64,000 bases of DNA. Source: Klebsiella phage vB_KpM_FBKp24. Positions 41,449 through 48,732 of the stretch are shown here, one piece after another. The stretch is from the sequence record MW394391.1; one strand, given 5' to 3'. Each line of letters begins with the position of its first letter. The first letter of the stretch is position 1. The notes under the pieces were generated by a model. That model was not told the origin of the DNA. It saw only the letters and a list, made by a program, of their open reading frames with translations, and made no database searches. The position numbers and the translations under genes were made by a program.

Positions 41449-41556
41449 TGGTTGATAGGTACCGAATCGAACGGCTATCTCGGGCTCCCATGTTAAGGCG
41501 CCCCTCGCATGGGAGGGGGCCTAATGCCCGCGCTTTACCTTTAAGCTAGCCTATCA
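41449..41556 (-). tRNA. atypically long (about 108 nt) tRNA-like gene, Leu(TAG)-like anticodon loop candidate
   Basis: T-arm CCGTTCGATTCGG, 3' ACCTATCA-A-CCA, a perfectly complementary 5' acceptor TGATAGG about 100 nt upstream, and a type-II-like D-arm. A GC-rich internal insertion of about 20 nt prevents a canonical fold. Confidence 0.35.
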
Positions 41557-41671
41557 TTGAAAAGGTTCTCCATACCCAGTGGGTACTACCTACACCCGCT
41601 TTCGCATCATGAATAAAGAATAGCGTCATTGACGACTAAACAATTCAACGGTAGTCTACATGGAGATAATT

Positions 41672-41761
41672 TGGCAGAGAGTGAGAGATTTGAACTCTCG
41701 GTACCCTTTCGGATACATTCCCTTAGCAGGGGAACGACTTAAACCACTCATCCAACTCTCT
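41672..41761 (-). tRNA. tRNA-Ser(GCT)
   Basis: Acceptor AGAGAGT/ACTCTCT, anticodon arm TTCCC-CTGCTAA-GGGAA, long variable arm, T-arm GAGAG-TTCAAAT-CTCTC, CCA encoded. Confidence 0.75.
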
Positions 41762-41770
41762 ATTAAAATG

Positions 41771-41844
41771 CGACTCTTCCAGGACTTGAACCTGGGACCT
41801 ACAGCTTAACAGGCTGCCGTTCTAACCAACTGAACTAAAGAGTC
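41771..41844 (-). tRNA. tRNA-Asn(GTT)
   Basis: Acceptor GACTCTT/AAGAGTC, anticodon loop CTGTTAA, T-arm CCAGG-TTCAAGT-CCTGG. Confidence 0.7.
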
Positions 41845-41850
41845 ATTATT

Positions 41851-41925
41851 TGGCGGTGCTACGGAGAATCGAACTCCGGTCTCCTCCGTGACAGGGAGGT
41901 ATCCTTTCCGCTAGACGATAGCACC
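41851..41925 (-). tRNA. tRNA-Asp(GTC)
   Basis: Acceptor GGTGCTA/TAGCACC, anticodon arm CCTCC-CTGTCAC-GGAGG, T-loop TTCGATT, CCA encoded. Confidence 0.75.
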
Positions 41926-41933
41926 TTTTTGTT

Positions 41934-42035
41934 TGGTTGTTCCCTTCCGGATTTGAACCGGCAACCTCCTGCTAAGCAGTGGGCGGCGCAGTGGCCGCCG
42001 GTGCAGGCGCTCTACCTAGTTGAGCTACGAGAACA
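41934..42035 (-). tRNA. atypical about 100-nt tRNA-like gene (anticodon unresolved)
   Basis: 7-bp acceptor TGTTCTC/GGGAACA plus ACCA, D-arm GCTC-AACTAGGTA-GAGC and T-arm GCCGG-TTCAAAT-CCGG, but the anticodon region carries a 22-nt GC-rich insertion. Confidence 0.35.
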
Positions 42036-42042
42036 TAGTATC

Positions 42043-42116
42043 TGGAGCAAGCAGCGAGGTTCGAACTAGGGGTACGGGGATCAAAGCCCCGGGCCTTAAC
42101 CGCTTGGCTATGCTCC
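42043..42116 (-). tRNA. tRNA-Gln(TTG), possibly degenerate
   Basis: D-arm AGCCAAGCGGTTAAGGC and anticodon arm CGGGG-CTTTGAT-CCCCG resemble enteric tRNA-Gln. The T-stem and acceptor pair imperfectly, so it may be a pseudogene. Confidence 0.5.
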
Positions 42117-42124
42117 TATGCGTT

Positions 42125-42208
42125 TGGTGGGGAAGGGTAGATTCGAACTACCGAAGCCGAAGCAGCAGATTTACAGTCTGACCCATTTGACCACTCTGGA
42201 ACTTCCCC
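42125..42208 (-). tRNA. tRNA-Tyr(GTA)
   Basis: GGGGAAGTTCCAGAGTGGTCAAATGG...CAGACTGTAAATCTG...GGTAGTTCGAATCTACCCTTCCCCACCA closely resembles enterobacterial tRNA-Tyr (type II), CCA encoded. Confidence 0.8.
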
Positions 42209-42391
42209 TGAATTTGGGGCCCGATTATTTCAGCGCTGCATTCTTTACTCTCGGGCCGAGGAGCACTATTAGTTTCTTCTCAGGGCGTATTGTTTTCCCT
42301 CTGAGACTTGCGCAATGTTTGAACAGGTTGATTGTTGTCTTAACATTCCGGAGAGAAAGTTACAATCTTTGTTCATAAGATATTGATTTAC

Positions 42392-42751
42392 TTAATTTTT
42401 GATCTGCACATCAGGATTCCCATTAACCGACAGCCAAATGTCGGCAACTAAAAGAATCTGTCCACCATACTGATTGACCTGCTGCCACCCATTCTTTTTA
42501 GCGGCAACTGTAATCATTGATAAAAATTGATTTTTCCAATGACTTTGATAAATCTGGGAATGATGAATTATTCGGCGGTTTTCAAACTTCTCGATGGTCT
42601 CAAATTCTTTCGTCGCGCTGATCATAGCAAAAACATCTTTAGACTTGATCAAATAAGCAGGGTCATTAATAGACCGATCGGAAGCTAAAGGAAGACGAGA
42701 AGAAATATGGTCAACGTCTTCTTGATTGTGTGCAAACGTTACGTCGTTCAT
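42392..42751 (-). CDS. hypothetical protein embedded in tRNA island (119 aa)
   Basis: ORF. Confidence 0.45.
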   Translation of the reverse strand: MNDVTFAHNQEDVDHISSRLPLASDRSINDPAYLIKSKDVFAMISATKEFETIEKFENRRIIHHSQIYQSHWKNQFLSMITVAAKKNGWQQVNQYGGQILLVADIWLSVNGNPDVQIKN

Positions 42752-42833
42752 TTTTACTTTTACCTTTTACAAGTTAGCGGTCTAAACCAAAATAGGAAGA
42801 CCAACAAAAACTGTGGGATGAATAATAATGAAG

Positions 42834-42907
<74 letters not shown>

Positions 42908-42912
42908 GTAGA

Positions 42913-42997
42913 TGGTGCCCAGGGCGGGGCTCGAACCCGCACGCGATAAAGCGAGGGATTTTAAATCCCTTGTGTCTGCCGATTTCACCACCTGGGC
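42913..42997 (-). tRNA. tRNA-Leu(TAA)
   Basis: Type II. Acceptor GCCCAGG/CCTGGGC, anticodon arm AGGGA-TTTAAAA-TCCCT, T-arm GCGGG-TTCGAGC-CCCGC, CCA encoded. Confidence 0.7.
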
Positions 42998-43002
42998 AAA
43001 TA

Positions 43003-43078
43003 TGGTGGGTCCAGCAGGTTTTGAACCTGCGACCAAGCGATTATGAGTCGCCTGCTCTAACCACTGAGCTATGGACCC
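43003..43078 (-). tRNA. tRNA-Met(CAT) (elongator/initiator/Ile2 not distinguishable)
   Basis: Acceptor GGGTCCA/TGGACCC, D-arm GCTCAGTGGTTAGAGC, anticodon loop CTCATAA, T-arm GCAGG-TTCAAAA-CCTGC, CCA encoded. Confidence 0.75.
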
Positions 43079-43129
43079 AAAAACGATCTTTTATTAAGAG
43101 CACATAAATGTACCCTTTGTAAAATACCG

Positions 43130-43294
43130 TCAGCTAGATTGTTTCTTTTTCTTTCTGAAAGCTAACTGCACATAAATAGCAATTGCACCAGCAAGAATAA
43201 TAAGCAGGACAATGTCAATCAACACACCTGCCATTCGAAACAATACTAAAAAGATGACGGCCAGTATTATTAACCAGCCGATCTTTTTCAGCAT
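43130..43294 (-). CDS. small two-helix membrane protein (54 aa, not in ORF track)
   Basis: Hand translation gives MLKKIGWLIILAVIFLVLFRMAGVLIDIVLLIILAGAIAIYVQLAFRKKKKQSS. It starts 4 nt after the SBP stop. Confidence 0.45.
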   Translation of the reverse strand: MLKKIGWLIILAVIFLVLFRMAGVLIDIVLLIILAGAIAIYVQLAFRKKKKQSS

Positions 43295-43297
43295 AAC

Positions 43298-44155
43298 TTA
43301 TTTCCCTGACGCTGTACCCTGGATACGCGCAGAGTTCTTCAGAAGAATCGTAGAGGCGTCTTCCAGTAACTGATCGCTATCGCCGGAGGTGTTTGCTACC
43401 ACCAGGGTTTTAGTGCAAGGTACTTTTACTGTCGAGTTAAAGATAATACCCGAGTCAGTAGTTGCCTTTTCGATCGTGTATACCGCTTTACCGTTTGGCA
43501 GTTTTGCATCGGCGTTCCAGGAATTGAAATCAATGATTTCCAGTCCGGAGTCTTTTTGCATAACAGCATCAAGGAACTTATTGTTTCGATCAGGCGCTGA
43601 GACCCAGAGGAATGCATCGTACTCGCCGGTATTCACTTTAGCCAGGGACCGGATACCGCCCTTAGCGTAGGTTTCAACTTTCGCGTAGTTCTTTTCCAGA
43701 GTTTGGAGATACTGCCATGAGGCATAAGATCCGGAAGTAGGTTCGCCGACGGCAATCTTGGTCCCTTCCTTCAGGTCACCTTTGCTTGTGACCTTACCGT
43801 CTTTCTTGACGGCAACGAAAACGCACTCGGAAGCCAGTTCGCCGATGATGTCAACGTTCTGTGCTTCATTAGCATGGCGTGAACGCCAGAACTGATACGC
43901 GTCAGCTTGAGTAAAACCGATAGTTGCTTCACCGGCGGCGACACGATCCAGGTTATCGAGTGATCCTTTAGAGGGGAGCACAGTGGTCTGATAGCCGTAT
44001 TCGCCGAGAGCGCTGGCTAAGTTAACACCGTATGTGGCGTTATACGTCAGACCTTGTTGACCGGTCGTGATAACAACTTTGTCAGATGCCGCAGAGGCAC
44101 CAACGGAAAGGCAAAGCAACGCTACCGAAAACACGGCAAAAGCAAGTTTCTTCAT
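43298..44155 (-). CDS. TAXI-family (TRAP-type) periplasmic solute-binding protein with signal peptide
   Basis: N-terminal MKKLAFAVFSVALLCLSVGASA, and the TAXI signature ITTGQQGLTYNATYGVNLASALGEYGYQTTVLPSKGSLDNLDRVAAGEATIGFTQADAYQF (TGGxxGxYY...G...T.GS.EN..L..GEAD.G..QAD). Confidence 0.6.
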   Translation of the reverse strand: MKKLAFAVFSVALLCLSVGASAASDKVVITTGQQGLTYNATYGVNLASALGEYGYQTTVLPSKGSLDNLDRVAAGEATIGFTQADAYQFWRSRHANEAQNVDIIGELASECVFVAVKKDGKVTSKGDLKEGTKIAVGEPTSGSYASWQYLQTLEKNYAKVETYAKGGIRSLAKVNTGEYDAFLWVSAPDRNNKFLDAVMQKDSGLEIIDFNSWNADAKLPNGKAVYTIEKATTDSGIIFNSTVKVPCTKTLVVANTSGDSDQLLEDASTILLKNSARIQGTASGK

Positions 44156-44203
44156 TTGTCAATTTCCTTGAAGGGTGTCAATGCGGTTTACCCGCTAAGA
44201 GAT

Positions 44204-44325
44204 TTGAGCGGATGACGAGTTGGCCCAACATTTGTATCAACCTGCGTCTACTAAAAAGGGCTTGCCTTTGTTTCGTGCTACCTGTAAGGGTTTAAGGTTA
44301 AGTTTGTTGCAAGTCATCCGCTCAA
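44204..44325 (-). promoter_or_regulatory. structured leader / long-range inverted repeat upstream of the SBP gene
   Basis: 13-bp arms ttgagcggatgac (44204-44216) and gtcatccgctcaa (44313-44325) enclose about 96 nt. It lies in the 5' region of the minus-strand SBP transcript. Confidence 0.4.
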
Positions 44326-44666
44326 AAGGGTGATGCTTTCTGTAAGTTTCAGCTCATTCCATTCTTTGGTTTCCGGGCCACAGTAGGATTAAAGGTGAAA
44401 GGTCTGCTGGAACAGATTTTCTTACAGAAAGGCATCGATAATAAAAAAACAGGCTTCGAGAAAAAGAGAGTTAGCTATGGGAGTTTAACTACATCGAAGC
44501 CTGGTTGGAAAATGTGTCGTTGTCTCCCCGATGAGGGGAGAACCGTAAAGCAAATGTTCTTATCTTTCCAGCCAGCCCGCTATCGAGATAATCCGAATAT
44601 GAACAATCGCTTTTTGACGTTATTTCGTAACGACGAGAGTTTACTACCGTGAAAGGAACCTTTGGT

Positions 44667-44873
44667 TCATAACTCTGACGACTGAGTAAATTTTAACCAA
44701 AGTGGTAAAGGTACTTTTTGGAATTCCGTTCCTTGACACTCATTGCAGACTAACGGCTCTTCTTTGATTTTCCAGCGCTCAAGTTGTTTCTTCGTGGCTG
44801 GGGTTAAACAATTTACGCATTGCATTTCCACTGCCATAAATTTGCCTTCTAGATAAAAGACCAATCTTCCCAT
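44667..44873 (-). CDS. small zinc-finger protein (68 aa)
   Basis: CVNC...CNEC pattern, coupled to the upstream gene. Confidence 0.45.
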   Translation of the reverse strand: MGRLVFYLEGKFMAVEMQCVNCLTPATKKQLERWKIKEEPLVCNECQGTEFQKVPLPLWLKFTQSSEL

Positions 44874-45736
44874 TCGGGACGTTTAGAGTAACAACGAGCA
44901 TAAACTTCCTTTGGTTGAATATTCTCTCCCTGAGAACACTTAAAAGCATTAGCGTATTCGTTCTTACCAGCTTTTACTCGGCGACGGTAATTTGGGTTGT
45001 TTTTACTTTGTGAGTTATTCGCCTGGCGGGATTCGTTGTATTTATCCTTCCAATGACTTTTAACTTTCCGGTCCGGGCCATAGTCATCCGAACGTTCTTC
45101 AATCACAACAGGAAACCCTTGTCGCGTCTCTTTCCACCAGACAGAGAATCCCTTCGAGACATCCCAATTTTGATTTGGGTAATGACAAGACAGAAAACGG
45201 GACGCTAATCTTTTAATGGGTGTAAGATCAAAAGCAGTTTGTAACACCTTGCTGGAATGTATTCCCATCCGTAAAAATTCTTCCGTTTGTACTACAGCAT
45301 GTCTCGGCATACGAGACACTTCGCTGTAATAAACATTAGAGTCTTTAGGATGGAAAATAACGACGCCTTCAATCGTTTTGTCTTTTACATCCGGAATTTT
45401 AATTAAACCAATATGATTCCAGTTAGGGAAATGTTTACCTTGACGATTAGCGAAGTGGAGCCATAATTCATTTTCTTTCCACTCCGCTTTTTGTAGATTA
45501 AAGCCTAAGGTTACTTTGGTCAGTTGTTCTTTGAATGTATCAAGAAAAACCTGATAAAGCTCAAAGAACTCAGCAGTCAATTTTACTTCGTTACGTGAAA
45601 CAAACTGTTGTGCGGACCATTCAAGTAAGCAATGACCGAGAATTTCCCAGTCTTTATTTTCATCAGAGAAAGCGGATATCATTTTACGGAGCCTCTGGCT
45701 CAACGTCAAAATGATAATCGTAGTTGAGTCAGTCAT
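44849..45736 (-). CDS. hypothetical protein with basic Lys/Arg/Asn-rich C-terminus (295 aa)
   Basis: ORF flanked by tRNA loci, with an RNA-binding-like basic tail. Confidence 0.5.
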   Translation of the reverse strand: MTDSTTIIILTLSQRLRKMISAFSDENKDWEILGHCLLEWSAQQFVSRNEVKLTAEFFELYQVFLDTFKEQLTKVTLGFNLQKAEWKENELWLHFANRQGKHFPNWNHIGLIKIPDVKDKTIEGVVIFHPKDSNVYYSEVSRMPRHAVVQTEEFLRMGIHSSKVLQTAFDLTPIKRLASRFLSCHYPNQNWDVSKGFSVWWKETRQGFPVVIEERSDDYGPDRKVKSHWKDKYNESRQANNSQSKNNPNYRRRVKAGKNEYANAFKCSQGENIQPKEVYARCYSKRPEWEDWSFI

Positions 45737-45793
45737 ATTGCCCTCGTTTTACAGTCTTCTACACTAAAAGACTGCACCGTAAAAAAGCATAAT

Positions 45794-45821
45794 AGAGAGA
45801 AGGGTTTAAACCCTTCTCTCT
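45794..45821 (-). terminator. Rho-independent terminator (minus strand)
   Basis: Hairpin agagagaaggg-tttaaa-cccttctctct followed on the minus strand by gcttttttacgg. Confidence 0.7.
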
Positions 45822-45984
45822 CGAGTTTGTTTGTCAAAAAGCGGTCTCTTTGAGAAAGAAACTTTTAGGGAAGAAGGGCGACGGATAAGGATATAACCAT
45901 CCTCACCGCCACCCATAGCCATTCAGCTATAAACAGAATCCAGCGCGACCTATTTCACAATAAGATTGGGTTTAGGTTTATAAT

Positions 45985-46078
45985 CTAGTGCTCTACCAGC
46001 TGAGCTATCTGCCTCCAAGAAACACTCTGTGAATGTGTCCTGGTAGGCAGAGCGGAATTCGAATCCGCGACCTCTAGA
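45985..46078 (-). tRNA. permuted or fragmented tRNA-like locus (3' half upstream of 5' half on the coding strand)
   Basis: Minus-strand 3' half TCTAG-AGGTC-GCGGA-TTCGAAT-TCCGC-TCTGCCT-A-CCA (46041-46078) is followed after a 25-nt spacer by the 5' half AGGCAGA-TA-GCTCAGCTGGTAGAGC-A-CTAGA (46015 down to 45985). The acceptor and anticodon-stem halves are mutually complementary. Confidence 0.4.
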
Positions 46079-46189
46079 ATTCTTTCCGTAAAAGAAAGAA
46101 AGTTCAGTCCGCTATTTTACTGTCTACTCTTTATCTTTAAGCGTGTGAGGCGATAAGATAAAGTTAACACTAACCATCCGAGTAGCATT

Positions 46190-46300
46190 ATGGGTGCATT
46201 GATGACTGCGTCTACCAATTCCGCCATTCTCCCATAGTTTGGTGGGAGAAGAAAGATTCGAACTTCCAGTGAGGTCACCACACCTGCTATACGGACTAAC
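46190..46300 (-). tRNA. second permuted or fragmented tRNA-like locus (type-II/Leu-like 5' half)
   Basis: 3' half GGAAG-TTCGAAT-CTTTC-TTCTCCC-A-CCA (46240-46267) is followed after 6 nt by the 5' half GGGAGAA-TG-GCGGAATTGGTAGACGC (46233 down to 46208), whose D-arm is near-identical to enterobacterial tRNA-Leu. Confidence 0.35.
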
Positions 46301-46369
46301 AATAAAGATAAAGTTGGCCTCAATCTTTATTATCAATGGGCACTCGTGAGAATACCCATTACTAACACA

Positions 46370-47137
46370 TTAAGCAGTGAAGTTTTTCAGGATCACGTTG
46401 GCCAGTACTTCGCCGATGGAACCCTGAACGACTTCGGTGCAGTTTGCGCGCATACGGGCATTAGTGACTTCAACGATCAGTTCGTCGATATCACGCAGCG
46501 CGTTGGCTTTCTGCATCGGTGTACACGCGCCAGAATAACTTTTACGCGTGAAGCTGCCGATCACCACGGTCGTTTCTGACTCTTTTACTTGCGCCGGATG
46601 ACGCTCGGTAGCCGGCGCCAGAATGATCGGGGTGAAGACTTTTTCGGTTTTCGTTGTGACTTCATCAGTCACAGTACGGAAGCCGTAAGTACTGTTAGCG
46701 TCGCGTTCCCACTGTTTGGAGGAATCCAGCGTAGGAGCAGACGCGATCAGTTTGCGCAGTTCGGCCAGACGTTTCTCCAGACCGAGGAGTTCATCTACCG
46801 GCACCGCTGGAACGAGGACTTCGCCTTTGAACATGATATCTGCTTTCGCTACCTGATTGGTCAGGGCTTTTTGCAGGCGCAGGTCTTCCGCGGTGGCGAA
46901 GTAATAGAACAGGTACTGCAGCGTTTCGGCGACGGTAGTGATCACCGGCTTGCTGGTACTTTCGCTTTTTTCGATCGCTGCGTTGGCGTCGCTATCTTCG
47001 TGCAGTTTCAGCGTTTTATCAAATCCGCTGAAGTATTCAGCCGATTTATTGAATTTTTTACTGGCGTCTTCGATCAGCACTTGCACTTGTTTAGTGCGAG
47101 TAGGTTCTGCTGCCAATACTTCGTGTAACTTAGCCAT
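46370..47137 (-). CDS. hypothetical protein (255 aa)
   Basis: ORF, followed by a strong terminator. Confidence 0.55.
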   Translation of the reverse strand: MAKLHEVLAAEPTRTKQVQVLIEDASKKFNKSAEYFSGFDKTLKLHEDSDANAAIEKSESTSKPVITTVAETLQYLFYYFATAEDLRLQKALTNQVAKADIMFKGEVLVPAVPVDELLGLEKRLAELRKLIASAPTLDSSKQWERDANSTYGFRTVTDEVTTKTEKVFTPIILAPATERHPAQVKESETTVVIGSFTRKSYSGACTPMQKANALRDIDELIVEVTNARMRANCTEVVQGSIGEVLANVILKNFTA

Positions 47138-47213
47138 TTAATTTCCTTACGATAAGAGTGAGAATAACGTCTGTTCATAGACTAGTTATCACCGTAAAAA
47201 AATAAAAAAAAAA

Positions 47214-47235
47214 GAAAGGGGATAACACCCCTTTC
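47214..47235 (-). terminator. Rho-independent terminator (minus strand)
   Basis: Hairpin gaaagggg-ataaca-cccctttc flanked on the plus strand by an A18 run (T-run on the minus strand). Confidence 0.8.
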
Positions 47236-47243
47236 TACGTTAC

Positions 47244-47825
47244 TTAATTGAGTGCTAAGCGGAAAACAATTCCGCTGTAGTGACCGCCTAAATCAAGTCT
47301 GGATGCCAGAATGGTACGAAACCCGAATGCCTTGGCGATATTACGGAACCCAGAGACATTGACAACCGGCTCGTAACGATCACCTTCGCAGTCATCGGGA
47401 AGTTCGGATTCTGTTTTGCGTAGAATAATTTCCTGAAGATCAGGAATCATCTTGAACGCATAATTCACGAGATCTTCACGTACCCAGGCGAGGTAATTGT
47501 CATAGTCAAAGTTATCGAGCATCGGGACAAGGAACAGTCGGGTACGATGGTAGTCGTTGACAGTTTCGACCAGTTCGTACGATTTTACTTTTCGTACCCC
47601 TGCGCAGTACAGATTATCCAGAGTATCCTGAAGCTCTGGATTAAACGGATGGTCTAACCCTGTCAGGTCATGGACGGTGGTGAATTCTGTTAATTCTGTC
47701 TCCGCTGCGCCCGGCGGGCAGTTGTCTGTCACGGAGATTACGATCCGTTTTGTATTTGAATCAGATACACTCCCCGACAAATTAAAGGCCGAAACAAATT
47801 TACCTAACGAAATCAATTGTTCCAT
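47244..47825 (-). CDS. hypothetical protein (193 aa)
   Basis: ORF. Confidence 0.5.
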   Translation of the reverse strand: MEQLISLGKFVSAFNLSGSVSDSNTKRIVISVTDNCPPGAAETELTEFTTVHDLTGLDHPFNPELQDTLDNLYCAGVRKVKSYELVETVNDYHRTRLFLVPMLDNFDYDNYLAWVREDLVNYAFKMIPDLQEIILRKTESELPDDCEGDRYEPVVNVSGFRNIAKAFGFRTILASRLDLGGHYSGIVFRLALN

Positions 47826-47851
47826 TTTATTTCTCCTAAAAATAAATAAAC

Positions 47852-47878
47852 GAGGGTAGGGCGATTCGCCCTACCCTC
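47852..47878 (-). terminator. Rho-independent terminator (minus strand)
   Basis: Hairpin gagggtagggcg-att-cgccctaccctc followed on the minus strand by tttatttatttttagg. Confidence 0.75.
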
Positions 47879-47882
47879 TCTG

Positions 47883-48305
47883 TTATTCTGCCATTAAAAC
47901 GCTTTTGCAAGAGAAGAGATACTCTTGTTGATCGAAATGGTCCCAGTCAACTTCAACGTAGAGTTTGATGGCGTTGGTACGACCACCGATTTTACCCTTC
48001 ATCCCGATGTGGACCCGCACGGTACCCAAACCACATTTACAGAGCCGGTCAAGTGTCTTCGCAACATCAAGGGGTCGGGAATTTTGACCGAAAGCATCCG
48101 CAAAGTCTTTACTGTTAAACCGATCGCCCTGCGAGTGAATATAGTTAGCCATTCGAATACTGATATTGTTACTTTCAGCTAAAAGCGCGGCTTCTTCCGG
48201 GGTCTCTACAAATTTCACTTCCGGGAGATAGCCTGTACCTTCCGATAACCCTTTTGCCTTCAGGATTACGTTTTGAATTTTGATTTTCTGATCTTCGGTA
48301 ATCAT
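47883..48305 (-). CDS. hypothetical protein (140 aa)
   Basis: ORF. Confidence 0.5.
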   Translation of the reverse strand: MITEDQKIKIQNVILKAKGLSEGTGYLPEVKFVETPEEAALLAESNNISIRMANYIHSQGDRFNSKDFADAFGQNSRPLDVAKTLDRLCKCGLGTVRVHIGMKGKIGGRTNAIKLYVEVDWDHFDQQEYLFSCKSVLMAE

Positions 48306-48430
48306 CGTTTTTGCCTTACTTTTCTTCCGGGGAAATTATTTCCGTGAGTTTATCAAAAGCGTCTTCATTCAAGTAGCGCGTTTGCACATAAGAGAAGTCG
48401 GTGCTTTCAACAAAGATAGAGAATGCGAAG

Positions 48431-48721
48431 TTAGCGAGGAGCTACACCAAATTTCGCGCTGAACAACTTCTGGAACCCTGCTTTAACAGACGGATTAAAG
48501 CCGCTTTCGGCCCGATGGCGATATTCAAACATAACGCCGTCTACTACCACGATAAGACGTTGGTACGGCGTTGAAGATGTCTCCGTGTTAAACGTGATGG
48601 TTGAAATTTTACTGAGTTCGAAGACATGGAAATTATCGTCTGCTTCAATGGAAATAGATTTTACGCCATTGGTAAGCTCTTTCATTTCCACTTTGAAAAG
48701 ATGACTTAAGTACGTAATCAA
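48431..48721 (-). CDS. hypothetical protein (96 aa)
   Basis: ORF. Confidence 0.4.
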   Translation of the reverse strand: MITYLSHLFKVEMKELTNGVKSISIEADDNFHVFELSKISTITFNTETSSTPYQRLIVVVDGVMFEYRHRAESGFNPSVKAGFQKLFSAKFGVAPR

Positions 48722-48732
48722 GATAGCCTCTC

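Noticed and set aside
44395-44652. 85-aa plus-strand ORF in the SBP upstream region
   Set aside because: It starts with GTG, has no convincing RBS, and lies inside the putative leader and promoter region of the minus-strand SBP gene. It is probably non-coding.
46589-47141. Plus-strand ORFs (179 aa and 67 aa) antisense to gene 46370..47137
   Set aside because: They are fully nested antisense to a longer ORF that has a terminator and RBS context, and they carry no independent signals.
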